Positions 8,247-17,241 are shown, counted from the stretch's first letter. The stretch: 60,955 bases of DNA from Bacteroidia bacterium (GCA_033763015.1 JANRLA010000031.1:1-60955), one strand, 5' to 3'. Made by a program: numbers and translations. The notes: generated by a model from the letters alone, not told the origin.

Positions 8247-9257
8247 CTATTTCGCGGGCCAAAAATTGGCCGGCGACGACTGGATGGCCTGCGAAATGAG
8301 CACTACGTTGATGACAACAAAGAATAGCAGCAGCACTGTCGAGGCAATGCGATCTACCCGCTTGTAGCGCTTCGTAAGCCCCCGCTGCTGGTAGTACAGG
8401 CTGATGACCGAAATGCAGATGCACGAAATAACCGCCGCAAACGTGTAACCGTGCAGGGTATCGACCAGGTTGTCTTTGGTCATCTCGGGCAGGATGCTGT
8501 CTACGATGTACTTGTTGCCCACGGTCGCAAACAGGCCCCCCACGCTGAGCCCAAAGCGGGGGTCTACGGCCGAAGGGTTAATAAACAGGCTGAACCAGGC
8601 AATGAGAAACGCCGCGTACATGCCCGAAAAGAGCTTGAGGAACAACGACCACCCCTGCCGCTCGAGCTTGAGCTGGGCCATGAAGAGCGAAAGGGTGGTG
8701 GTGTTGCCGTTGACGACCGGCGTGCCAAAGTCGGTTTGGTAGGTGCGGGGTTCTACCACGGTCGAGAAGCCGACGAGGTTCCAGCCCTCGGGTTGGTTGA
8801 ACTCGTCGTAGACACTGTGGCTGGTGGTATCGGCGACCAGGACGATGTCGCGATCGGTTGAGCCCTCAAAGCCCACCCGAAAGCGCAGCACCTGTTTATC
8901 GAAGGGGAAATACTTGAGCAGGTATTTCTGCCGAACCACGGCGGTGCAGTTCATCTGTACCCAGTGCACACCATTGATCTCCTGGTGAACGACATGGGTG
9001 AACTCGAACGATTTGGCGTTAAAGACGGCCGCTAGCTTTTCGGGCTGCAGCGCCGGGTTGGTGTACCGGAACCAGAGCCAGCACTTTACGCTGTAGCTCT
9101 CGTCGGGCAGGTTAAAGTCGTATACCCACACGAAGTAAGCCCCCATGTGCACGGTATCTGGGGCGGCACCCTGGGCCTTGGGCGCCCGTTCCATCCGCTC
9201 CTGCCCCTTCAATGAGAGGGCGCTTACTACCACCAGTAAAAGCAACCAAACACGCAT
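8247..9257 (-). CDS. pentameric ligand-gated ion channel (Cys-loop receptor superfamily) homologue
   Basis: Signal peptide, then a ~200-aa beta-rich N-terminal domain carrying YFPFDKQ (the conserved FPFD motif of the pLGIC extracellular domain). Four hydrophobic helices follow, with a very short M3-M4 loop. Confidence 0.6.
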   Translation of the reverse strand: MRVWLLLLVVVSALSLKGQERMERAPKAQGAAPDTVHMGAYFVWVYDFNLPDESYSVKCWLWFRYTNPALQPEKLAAVFNAKSFEFTHVVHQEINGVHWVQMNCTAVVRQKYLLKYFPFDKQVLRFRVGFEGSTDRDIVLVADTTSHSVYDEFNQPEGWNLVGFSTVVEPRTYQTDFGTPVVNGNTTTLSLFMAQLKLERQGWSLFLKLFSGMYAAFLIAWFSLFINPSAVDPRFGLSVGGLFATVGNKYIVDSILPEMTKDNLVDTLHGYTFAAVISCICISVISLYYQQRGLTKRYKRVDRIASTVLLLFFVVINVVLISQAIQSSPANFWPAK

Positions 9258-9263
9258 CGGTGA

Positions 9264-9271
9264 CGAAAGTA
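9264..9271 (-). promoter_or_regulatory. candidate -7 box TACTTTCG
   Basis: Lies only 6 nt upstream of the ATG at 9257, which implies a leaderless or near-leaderless mRNA. Confidence 0.3.
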
Positions 9272-9361
9272 CGCGGTAGCCACCAGAGTTTGGGCCCCCT
9301 GTGGCCTAGAAGGGGTTGCCGGTTGGCGGTAACGGGCCTGAGGCGTTTCTTTGCCCGACCG

Positions 9362-10189
9362 ATGGCAACCCCTATCCAATCGTGGCTCCCACACAGTGGG
9401 GGCTCGGCCCAGACGCCGTTTTTCCTGTTGGCCGGGCCCTGTGCCATCGAAGACGCTACAACTCCGTTCGAGGTCGCGCAGACGGTTAAGGCCTGGTGTG
9501 CAGCGCTGGGGATCCCCTACGTGTTCAAAGGCTCGTACCGCAAGGCCAACCGTACGAGTAGCAGCAGCTTTACGGGCATTGGCGACGCTGCGGCGCTCGA
9601 AATCCTGGCCCGGGTGCGGCAGGAGGTGGGGGTACCCGTGGTAACCGACATCCACGAGACCCACGAGGCCAAGTTGGCCGCCGAATTCGTAGACGTGCTC
9701 CAGATACCTGCGTTTCTGTGCCGCCAGACCGAACTCCTGCACGCCGCGGGCGAGACCGGCAAGGTGGTCAACATCAAAAAAGGGCAGTTTGCGGGCCCTG
9801 AGGTGATGCGCTTTGCGGCTGAAAAAGTGGCCGAAACCGGCAACCACCAGGTGCTGCTCACCGAGCGTGGCACCACGTTTGGCTACACCGACCTGGTGGT
9901 CGACTACCGCAACTTTGCCTGGATGCAGCAATACGGCTTTCCAGTCGTGTTCGATGGTACCCATAGCCTCCAGCAGCCCAACAGCGCCAGTGGTGTGACA
10001 GGGGGGCGGCCCCAGCTGATCGAAACCCTGGCCAGGGCAGCCGCCGCCGTTGGTGTTGACGGGTTCTTTTTAGAAGTACACCCCGAGCCCAGCCGGGCAA
10101 AATCGGATGCGGCCAACATGCTGCGGCTCGATCTGCTTGAGGGCCTACTTACCCGTTTGGTGCGCATTGCCCAAGCCGCACGTGCATGA
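9362..10189 (+). CDS. kdsA: 3-deoxy-8-phosphooctulonate synthase
   Basis: FFLLAGPCAIE, GIPYVFKGSYRKANRTS and VVFDGTHSLQQP motifs. Start trimmed to the ATG at 9362. Confidence 0.9.
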   Translation: MATPIQSWLPHSGGSAQTPFFLLAGPCAIEDATTPFEVAQTVKAWCAALGIPYVFKGSYRKANRTSSSSFTGIGDAAALEILARVRQEVGVPVVTDIHETHEAKLAAEFVDVLQIPAFLCRQTELLHAAGETGKVVNIKKGQFAGPEVMRFAAEKVAETGNHQVLLTERGTTFGYTDLVVDYRNFAWMQQYGFPVVFDGTHSLQQPNSASGVTGGRPQLIETLARAAAAVGVDGFFLEVHPEPSRAKSDAANMLRLDLLEGLLTRLVRIAQAARA

Positions 10190-11136
10190 CCGATACCCAA
10201 CGTTCGTTTTCGCTTCTGCCAGAGCTTACCGTGTTGCTTGCGGGCTGGCGCTGGCTGCTGGGTGCAGTTGCCGTGGCGGTGGTGCTGGGTGTGGTGGTGT
10301 CGCACCCCCGGTTTATGCCCAAAGAGTACAAAGCGCGGGCCTCGTTTGTGCCCCCAGGGCTAGACAACCTGCAGCAGTTTCGCGACGTAAAGTCGCGGTT
10401 AGGTACTGCCAATCCCTACGACCTGGAGCAGGTGGTGGGCCTCCTGTTGGCCGACAGCAGCACCCGGTACATCCAGCACAGCCTGGGCTTGTTCGAGCAC
10501 TACGGCATTGAAGGTAGAGACCGGGCGGCCTACAAAGCGCTCGACGACCGGTTTGCCGAGAGCGTGAGCCTAGGCGTCGACAACTACTCCTCTGTCGAGG
10601 TTCGGGTCTACGACCGCAGCCCCGAACTGGCTGCCCGGATTGCGAATGCCTATGTGATGCTGGCCGATAGCCTACTGGAGGCCATGGCCAAACGGAAGGC
10701 AACCATGGCATCGCTCAGGCGGTCGTTCACCGACCAGACCGTCCGCCGCGAGGTGGTGCTCGATAGCCTTGCCTGGATCCGCAAGACGTTGGGCCTGTAC
10801 GACCTGAACTACACCAGTGATGCCGGCGCTACACTCGCGGCCCGTGGGGTTTCTACCCCGGCAGGCGCCCTTTTTTACGACCGGTTGCGGGTGTACGACA
10901 GCGAGCTGGAGTGGATACAGGAAGAATTGCTCGACAAGCGCAAGCAGCTCCGCCAGCTCTCTGAGAACCTCAGCGCCTACCCCTCACTCTTGCCCCAGGC
11001 AGTGTTTGCAACCGTACCGCACTACCCCAGCCGCCCATCTCGGTCGCTGGTGGTGATTGGGTTTGTAGTGGCTGCGTTTGCCGTGGCGGTGGTGGCCCTG
11101 CTCGTACGGCAGCGGCTGCGCACCCAGGGGGCTTAG
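10186..11136 (+). CDS. Wzz/GumC-like polysaccharide chain-length determinant family membrane protein
   Basis: One TM helix near each terminus flanks a ~230-aa helical region. The ATGA overlap with the kdsA stop suggests coupling. The family call is tentative. Confidence 0.5.
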   Translation: MTDTQRSFSLLPELTVLLAGWRWLLGAVAVAVVLGVVVSHPRFMPKEYKARASFVPPGLDNLQQFRDVKSRLGTANPYDLEQVVGLLLADSSTRYIQHSLGLFEHYGIEGRDRAAYKALDDRFAESVSLGVDNYSSVEVRVYDRSPELAARIANAYVMLADSLLEAMAKRKATMASLRRSFTDQTVRREVVLDSLAWIRKTLGLYDLNYTSDAGATLAARGVSTPAGALFYDRLRVYDSELEWIQEELLDKRKQLRQLSENLSAYPSLLPQAVFATVPHYPSRPSRSLVVIGFVVAAFAVAVVALLVRQRLRTQGA

Positions 11137-11567
11137 GCTTTGTTGTAGTGGTGCAGCAGGTAGTCGATAGCCAGTACGTAGCCGGCTACGCCAAAGCCTG
11201 AAATGACCCCGGCCACGACAGGCGAAATGACCGACTGGTGGCGCCAGGTTTCGGCGCGGCCAAACACGTTCGAGATGTGAACCTCGACCACGGGTTTGGG
11301 TAGGGCGCGGATGCAATCGGCGAGGGCATAGCTGGTATGGGCCAGTGCGCCGGGGTTGATCACGACCGAGTCGAAGCCGTCGGTCTCCTGCAGTTTATCG
11401 ATAAGGGCCCCTTCGTGGTTGCTTTGGTAGTGCTTGAGGGTAAGGTCGAGGAAGCGGCGCTGCAGGTTGGCAATGACGGTGGGTAGCGTTTCCTTGCCGT
11501 AGATTTCGGGTTCGCGGGTGCCCAAGAGGTTCAGGTTGGGGCCGTTCAGGATCAGGATTGTCTGCAT
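11133..11567 (-). CDS. aroQ: type II 3-dehydroquinate dehydratase
   Basis: MQTILILNGPNLNLLGTREPEIYG N-terminus plus the HISNV motif. Start trimmed to the ATG at 11567. Confidence 0.92.
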   Translation of the reverse strand: MQTILILNGPNLNLLGTREPEIYGKETLPTVIANLQRRFLDLTLKHYQSNHEGALIDKLQETDGFDSVVINPGALAHTSYALADCIRALPKPVVEVHISNVFGRAETWRHQSVISPVVAGVISGFGVAGYVLAIDYLLHHYNKA

Positions 11568-11593
11568 CGGGTAGGGGTTACGACAAGCGGCGA

Positions 11594-12523
11594 ATGAAGG
11601 GGGTGAAAAACCGACCGGAAGATAGGGACTGGGCCTTGGCCATAGACGCATTCTTGGCGCATTTGCGCATCGAGCGCGGCCTGAGCCCCCACACCCTAGA
11701 AAGCTATGGCCACGACCTGGCCGCCCTGGCGGGCTGGCTGGCCCAAACCACCCCCGTCCGCCTGGCCGAGCTGGCCCCGGTGCACATCCAACACTACCTG
11801 GAGCAGCTGGTAGACCAGCGGCAGCTCTCCGAGTTCAGCCAGGCGCGGGCCCTGAGCGCGCTGCGCACTTTCTTTCGGTACCTGGAGGCCGAGGGCCGGG
11901 TGCCAGTCAGCCCCCTGGCCCAGATCCGCAGCCCCAAGCTGCAGCGCAAGTTGCCCCGGGTGCTGAGCGTGGCCGATATAGATGCCCTGTTTGCGGGTAT
12001 AGATATGAGTACCGACGCTGGCACCCGTAACCGGGCCCTGCTCGAGCTACTCTACAGCAGCGGCCTGCGCGTGACCGAAGCGCTGACCCTGCCCATGCAC
12101 CACCTGTACCCCGACGAGGGCTTTGTGCGTGTGGTGGGCAAGGGCAACAAAGAGCGCATCGTGCCGGTAGGCGGCAGCGCCCTGCGCTACCTGGCGCTCT
12201 ACCGCACCGCCGTGCGTGTGCACCAGCAGCCCCAGAAGGGCGCGGCGGGCCTATTGTTCCTCAACCAGCGCGGGGGGCAGCTTAGCCGACAGCAGGTGTT
12301 TCTGGTGGTGCAGCAACTGGCGGCGCAGGCGGGCCTGGCCCCGCCGGTGAGCCCGCACACGCTGCGGCACTCGTTTGCCACGCACCTGATAGAAGGCGGC
12401 GCCGACCTACGGGCCGTGCAAGACATGCTGGGCCACGAGAGCATCCTAACGACCGAAATCTACCTGCACCTCGACCGCCAGTACCTGCGCGAAATCCACG
12501 CCCAGTACCACCCGCGGGGGTGA
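11594..12523 (+). CDS. xerD: site-specific tyrosine recombinase XerD
   Basis: SAM-like N-terminal domain (AIDAFLAHLRIERGLSPHTLESY). Catalytic motifs LYSSGLRVTE, HTLRHSFATHL and LGHESILTTEIYLH. Confidence 0.85.
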   Translation: MKGVKNRPEDRDWALAIDAFLAHLRIERGLSPHTLESYGHDLAALAGWLAQTTPVRLAELAPVHIQHYLEQLVDQRQLSEFSQARALSALRTFFRYLEAEGRVPVSPLAQIRSPKLQRKLPRVLSVADIDALFAGIDMSTDAGTRNRALLELLYSSGLRVTEALTLPMHHLYPDEGFVRVVGKGNKERIVPVGGSALRYLALYRTAVRVHQQPQKGAAGLLFLNQRGGQLSRQQVFLVVQQLAAQAGLAPPVSPHTLRHSFATHLIEGGADLRAVQDMLGHESILTTEIYLHLDRQYLREIHAQYHPRG

Positions 12524-12585
12524 GGCCCGAGCCCGGGGCTGCCAAGGAAGGTTCGTAATCAAAACTGCCCCTGGCGGCTCGCCAG

Positions 12586-12671
12586 TACCGAGGACGGGAA
12601 TCGAACCCGTACGGCCCTTGCGGACCACAGGATTTTAAGTCCGGCGCGTCTACCTGTTCCGCCACCTCGGC
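12586..12671 (-). tRNA. tRNA-Leu (anticodon TAA)
   Basis: The reverse complement GCCGAGGTGGCGGAACAGGTAGACGC...CTTAAAA... has a long variable arm and a GGTTCGATTCC T-arm. There is one mismatch in the anticodon stem. Confidence 0.85.
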
Positions 12672-12695
12672 CCACTTACTACACTGCGCTACTAC

Positions 12696-12728
12696 AAAAA
12701 ACGGTAGCTGATAAGGCTACCGTTTTTT
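12696..12728. terminator. bidirectional rho-independent terminator between tRNA-Gly(GCC) and tRNA-Leu
   Basis: AAAAAA-CGGTAGC-TGATAAG-GCTACCG-TTTTTT. The stem is flanked by an A-run and a T-run. Confidence 0.55.
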
Positions 12729-12741
12729 GGGGGTTACCGCG

Positions 12742-12814
12742 AGCGGGAGACGAGATTCGAACCCGCGACCCTAACCTTGGCAAGGTTATGCTCTACCAGC
12801 TGAGCTACTCCCGC
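12742..12814 (-). tRNA. tRNA-Gly (anticodon GCC)
   Basis: The reverse complement GCGGGAGTAGCTCAGCTGGTAGAGCATAACCTTGCCAAGGTTAGGGTCGCGGGTTCGAATCTCGTCTCCCGCT folds as a cloverleaf. Confidence 0.9.
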
Positions 12815-12827
12815 TTTTTTAGAGCGG

Positions 12828-12835
12828 CAAAGATA
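12828..12835 (-). promoter_or_regulatory. -7 box TATCTTTG for tRNA-Gly(GCC)
   Basis: Perfect TAnnTTTG, 13 nt upstream of the tRNA 5' end. A TTGAC lies about 23 nt further upstream. Confidence 0.45.
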
Positions 12836-12940
12836 ACGGCCCAACGTTTCACGCGTCAAGCCCCCCACCGCAAAAGGTTTGCCCCACTGCTAACATTTGC
12901 ATAACTATCAAAGCAGCCTGCTGTAGCTTTCTGAAAGGTC

Positions 12941-12948
12941 TATATTCG
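12941..12948 (+). promoter_or_regulatory. candidate -7 box TATATTCG upstream of the amino-acid permease gene
   Basis: TATATTCGCG lies 56 nt upstream of the ATG at 13005. The same 8-mer recurs at 28306 and 31099. Confidence 0.35.
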
Positions 12949-13004
12949 CGAGCTGTTACCGAATTGTAAACCAACCCCTCTTAGGACTAACCCCCGGCAC
13001 AGGC

Positions 13005-14594
13005 ATGGCCAGTACTCTATTCAAGACCAAATCGATCGAACAGCTAAAAGCCGAAGCCGGTGGCAGCGAAGGCGGCATGAAGCGTACGCTGAACGCCTTC
13101 AACCTTACCACGCTGGGCATTGGTGCCATCATTGGGGCGGGCATTTTCTCGCTGGTGGGCACGGCATCGCAGGCAGCGGGCCCGGCGGTTATCCTCTCGT
13201 TTGTGCTGGCGGCCTTGGCGTGTGCCTTTGCCGGGCTGTGCTACGCTGAGTTCGCGGCCATGATACCCGTGGCGGGTTCGGCGTACGTGTACGCATTTGC
13301 CACCCTGGGCGAGATTGTGGCCTTTGTCATTGGCTGGGCGCTCACGCTGGAGTATGCCTTTGGGGCCAGTACAGTGGCGGTGAGCTGGAGCGGCTACCTG
13401 GTGAGCTTTCTGCGTGACTTCCAGATCGTCATACCCGCCGAGCTGACCAATGCCGCCGGGGTAAAACTCATCGACCTGACCAACCCCGAGCTTGCCCAGC
13501 AACTGGGGGTTAAACCCGCCTGGGTGCCCATTGCACAGGTGGCTGCTACAGCCAAAAATGCCGGTATAGACCTGGCCGGGCTGAGCACGACGACGGCGCT
13601 CTTCAACCTGCCGGCAGTTATTATTATCGGGGTGCTCTCGGCGGTACTCTACCGGGGCATCAGCGAAAGCGCGAAGCTCAACAACGTCATTGTGGTCATT
13701 AAGATGGTGGTGATACTGGCCTTTATTGGGGCCGGGGTCTGGTTTGTAGACCACATGTTCTTTACGCCCTTTATACCTGCCAACCCCAACGAGTGGGGCA
13801 GCTTCAACCCCGAAAGCCCCGAACTGGGCGGCTTTGGCCACCTTGGGTGGACGGGCATCCTGGCCGGTGCGGGTACCATCTTCTTCGCCTACATCGGGTT
13901 TGACGCCGTTTCGACAGCCGCCCAGGAAACCAAGCGGCCCGAGCGCAACATGCCCATCGGCATCCTGGCCTCGCTTGTCATCTGTACGGTCATTTACATA
14001 CTGGTGGCCTACGTGCTCATTGGCCTAGTACCCTATACCTCGCTCAACGTGCCCGACCCCATTGCGGTGGGCATCAACGCGGTGCAGGAGCTCAACTGGC
14101 TGAAGTACCCCATCAAACTAGGGGCGCTGGCTGGCCTTACCTCGGTAATGCTGGTGATGATGCTGGGCCAGAGCCGCATTTTCTACTCGATGGGCAACGA
14201 TGGCCTGCTGCCGGGCTCGTTCTCGCGCTTGCACCCCAAGTTCAAATCGCCGGTCATCCCGACTATCATTACTGGCATTTTCGCGGCCACGCTGGCGGGC
14301 CTGCTGCCCATTGGCACGCTTGGGCACCTGGTATCGCTGGGTACGCTGCTGGCCTTTGCCATTGTGTGCATTGGCATTTTGGTGCTGCGCTACACCAAGC
14401 CCAACCTGGAGCGGCCCTTCCGCACACCGCTGGTGCCGCTGGTGCCGGTGCTGGGCGCGCTTATCTCGCTGCTACTCATTGTAGGGCTTGAAAAGTTGGC
14501 GCTGTTTGCTGGCATTGGCTGGCTGGTCATTGGTGTGGCCATCTACTTCGCTTGGGGCCGGGGCAATCGCCAAAAGCGTATGGCGCGGCAGTAG
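13005..14594 (+). CDS. APC-superfamily amino-acid permease (cationic amino-acid transporter-like)
   Basis: 529 aa with about 13-14 hydrophobic helices. The N-terminal LNAFNLTTLGIGAIIGAGIF motif is typical of APC/CAT transporters. Confidence 0.88.
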   Translation: MASTLFKTKSIEQLKAEAGGSEGGMKRTLNAFNLTTLGIGAIIGAGIFSLVGTASQAAGPAVILSFVLAALACAFAGLCYAEFAAMIPVAGSAYVYAFATLGEIVAFVIGWALTLEYAFGASTVAVSWSGYLVSFLRDFQIVIPAELTNAAGVKLIDLTNPELAQQLGVKPAWVPIAQVAATAKNAGIDLAGLSTTTALFNLPAVIIIGVLSAVLYRGISESAKLNNVIVVIKMVVILAFIGAGVWFVDHMFFTPFIPANPNEWGSFNPESPELGGFGHLGWTGILAGAGTIFFAYIGFDAVSTAAQETKRPERNMPIGILASLVICTVIYILVAYVLIGLVPYTSLNVPDPIAVGINAVQELNWLKYPIKLGALAGLTSVMLVMMLGQSRIFYSMGNDGLLPGSFSRLHPKFKSPVIPTIITGIFAATLAGLLPIGTLGHLVSLGTLLAFAIVCIGILVLRYTKPNLERPFRTPLVPLVPVLGALISLLLIVGLEKLALFAGIGWLVIGVAIYFAWGRGNRQKRMARQ

Positions 14595-14614
14595 CCTACC
14601 TGTGCACGAACACC

Positions 14615-14643
14615 GAAGGGCGTGGATAATCTCTGCGCCCTTC
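14615..14643 (+). terminator. hairpin downstream of the permease gene
   Basis: GAAGGGCG / CGCCCTTC 8-bp stem with a 13-nt loop. The T-tract is weak. Confidence 0.3.
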
Positions 14644-14669
14644 TGCGTTGTAAGGAGACGTAACTTTTG

Positions 14670-17195
14670 ATGCAAATGCGGCTCAGGCTCAGCCTATTGG
14701 TATGTCTGGGGCTATGTGCCCTAGCCCCTGCTGTGCTGCAGGCGCAGCGGCTGGAGACACTGGCGGCTGTATTTCTGCAAGAGGAGGGCGATCGGGCACG
14801 GCCCCCCATCACCTACTTCGCGTTTCCGAACATCAACAAACTGCCGCTCTTTGTCGACAAAAAGCTGCGGCGCGACATCGACGCGGCCCGTAGCCAGAAC
14901 GACCTCGACCAACTCGAACTCCTGCTCACCACCTACGTGCGGCAGTTTGGCATCCAGAACTTCAAAGACCCCGACGACCTGTCGCTGATCTGGGAGCTGG
15001 GCCAGGTAAAAGAACTGCGCGGCGACACCGCCCGGGCGGCCCTGTTCTACACCATTGCCCTGAAAAACCAGAGCCGCTGGGCCGATAGCATTTCGGTGCG
15101 CCTGGAGGGCATTACGGCCCCCAAAGCCTCGCGGTTTGTAGACCTCGACTACTACTACCAGCTCGTTGCCGCCCGCCAGTCGGTAGATACCCTCAAGCCG
15201 CCCAAGGGCGTGCACATCAACGTGGGCAAGCAGGTAAACACCCCGGCGCCGGAGTACGCCCCCTACATGCACCCCTCGGGCGACGTGCTGCTCTTCACGA
15301 GCCGACGCGGCGGGCTCGACCTCGACGCCCCGGCCCAGGAGCAGAACGAAGACATCTACTACACCCAGCGCAACCCCTTCACGAACAAGGGGTGGGAGTA
15401 CGCCCAGCGCCTGCCCGATGTCATCAACAGCCCCTTCAACGAGGGCTCGGCCTGCGTAGACTCGAGCGGGCTGTACCTGGTTTTTTCGCGCTGCAACAGC
15501 CCCGACGGCCTGGGCGTGTGCGACCTCTACCAGGCGCGCTGGGTTGAAGGCGAGTGGGTGGAGGTCGAAAACCTGGGCCCAACGGTAAACTCAGACGCCT
15601 GGGACAGTCACCCGTACCTCACCGCCGACCAGCAGTACCTTTTCTTCGCCTCTAACCGCAGCGGGGGCTTTGGCGGCATAGACCTCTACATGTGCCGCAA
15701 AGACGCCCGGGGGCGCTGGCTTGCGGCCGAAAACCTGGGCCCCATCGTCAATACCTTCTACGATGAGGTGTCGCCCTACCTACACCCCATCAACAACACG
15801 CTCTACTTCGCGTCCACTGGGCACCTGCACAACCTGGGGGGCTTCGATATCTTCAAGAGCCGCTGGGTGTACCACCACTGGGAGGAGCCCCGCAACCTGG
15901 GCCCCCTGGTCAATTCGCCCCAGGACGAATACTACTTCTCGATTGATGGCAAGGGCGAAAACCTGTTTTTCAGCCATGCCCTCAAGGGCCAGCCCCGCAA
16001 CTTCGACATCTTCAGCTACCCCATGCCCATCGACGCCCGGCCCGACGCTGTGGTCGAGTTCAAGGGCTACCTCATCGATTCGCTAACGGGCAACCCCCTA
16101 ACGGGCATCGTGGCGGCGATAGACCTGGACAAAGGCGCCGAGATCACCCCGAAGTACATCAGCCCCACGGGCTACTTTGAGTTCAGCCTTGTCAACAACC
16201 GGCGCTACCTCTTGGTGGTTATCGGCGAAAACCTGCTGACGGTCGAAGACCTGGCGCTGGAGCTCGATTCCCTGAACCACGTGCTGGTGCGCAGTGCGCT
16301 TGACCGCCAGGCGATCGTCTTCCGGCAGGTTGAGTTTGACAAGAACAGTACCGAGGTGCACCCGAGCGACCTGGGGCTGCTGCGCCAGATTGGCACCTTC
16401 TTGGCCGAGCACCCCTACGCCACGCTCACCATCCGGGGCCATACTGACGGCGAGGGTGATGCGGGCTACAACCTGCGGCTCTCGCGCCGACGGGCCGAGA
16501 CGATCCGCGAAACGCTCTTGAGCCTGGTAGACCTGCCGCCCGAGGTGGTGGTGGCCGAGGGCTACGGCGAGAGCCGGCCCATATTCCCGAACGACACGAA
16601 AGAGAACCGGGCCAAGAACCGGCGCGTGGAATTCCGCATCGAAATACCCGATAGCTACCGCGCCCAGCTGCTGGCCGAAGCCGCGCCCGACTACGTACCG
16701 CTGGAGCCGCTGGCCGGTGCCGAGCCGCTCACGCCCACCGACCCGGCCCCCACCGAGCCCAGCCTGACCGACCCGGCAGCACCCCCGGGGCCCACGGTTT
16801 CGACCGACCCGGCCCCGACGCTCCCCACGCCGGCACCCCCTACGACACCCCCAGCCACCGAACCCACACCTGCGTTTGGCGACGATCTGGACGACTGGGG
16901 CGACTTTGAGGGCTTCGACGACCTTGACTTTGGCTTCAGCGACGATGAATTGGATGCCCTGGAGGGCGAGCTCGGCGAGAGCGACCTGCTGGACATCGAA
17001 AGCGTCACGGCCGACATCTTGGACGAAGAAGCCGAGGAGGACGAAGACGACCTGCTGCGCGAGCCCAAAGAAACCCCCAGCCCGTCCACGCCCGGTAGCC
17101 CTGCCCAGACCACCCCTGCCAAGCCCACGGCCCCCAAGCCCACCCCTGCCCCCGCCGATACCACCCGCAAGCCACCCCCCAAGAAGGGCAGCTAA
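14670..17195 (+). CDS. OmpA-family outer-membrane/peptidoglycan-associated protein with PD40 (TolB-like) repeats and a long disordered C-terminal tail
   Basis: Signal peptide and several PD40-like repeats (LLFTSRR, LVFSRCN, LFFASNR, LYFASTG). OmpA_C motif TIRGHTDGEGDAGYNLRLSRRRAE...NRRVEFRI. A ~185-aa Pro/Thr- and Asp/Glu-rich extension follows. Confidence 0.85.
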   Translation: MQMRLRLSLLVCLGLCALAPAVLQAQRLETLAAVFLQEEGDRARPPITYFAFPNINKLPLFVDKKLRRDIDAARSQNDLDQLELLLTTYVRQFGIQNFKDPDDLSLIWELGQVKELRGDTARAALFYTIALKNQSRWADSISVRLEGITAPKASRFVDLDYYYQLVAARQSVDTLKPPKGVHINVGKQVNTPAPEYAPYMHPSGDVLLFTSRRGGLDLDAPAQEQNEDIYYTQRNPFTNKGWEYAQRLPDVINSPFNEGSACVDSSGLYLVFSRCNSPDGLGVCDLYQARWVEGEWVEVENLGPTVNSDAWDSHPYLTADQQYLFFASNRSGGFGGIDLYMCRKDARGRWLAAENLGPIVNTFYDEVSPYLHPINNTLYFASTGHLHNLGGFDIFKSRWVYHHWEEPRNLGPLVNSPQDEYYFSIDGKGENLFFSHALKGQPRNFDIFSYPMPIDARPDAVVEFKGYLIDSLTGNPLTGIVAAIDLDKGAEITPKYISPTGYFEFSLVNNRRYLLVVIGENLLTVEDLALELDSLNHVLVRSALDRQAIVFRQVEFDKNSTEVHPSDLGLLRQIGTFLAEHPYATLTIRGHTDGEGDAGYNLRLSRRRAETIRETLLSLVDLPPEVVVAEGYGESRPIFPNDTKENRAKNRRVEFRIEIPDSYRAQLLAEAAPDYVPLEPLAGAEPLTPTDPAPTEPSLTDPAAPPGPTVSTDPAPTLPTPAPPTTPPATEPTPAFGDDLDDWGDFEGFDDLDFGFSDDELDALEGELGESDLLDIESVTADILDEEAEEDEDDLLREPKETPSPSTPGSPAQTTPAKPTAPKPTPAPADTTRKPPPKKGS

Positions 17196-17241
17196 CCCCG
17201 CTTCGGCGTACTTTGCGCCCTCTATTCTCGGCCTACCTACT

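Noticed and set aside
16690-17190. Repetitive DNA (GACCGACCCGGC-like and GA-rich runs), considered as a tandem repeat or CRISPR-like array
   Set aside because: It is in frame within the OmpA-family ORF and encodes Pro/Thr and acidic low-complexity protein. There is no regular repeat-spacer periodicity.
16876-17241. Extension of the fabI ORF back to 16876 (391 aa)
   Set aside because: The extension overlaps the OmpA-family C-terminal tail in another frame and is Pro/Arg/Ser-rich. FabI homology starts at MNNLLSGKTGIITG (17242).
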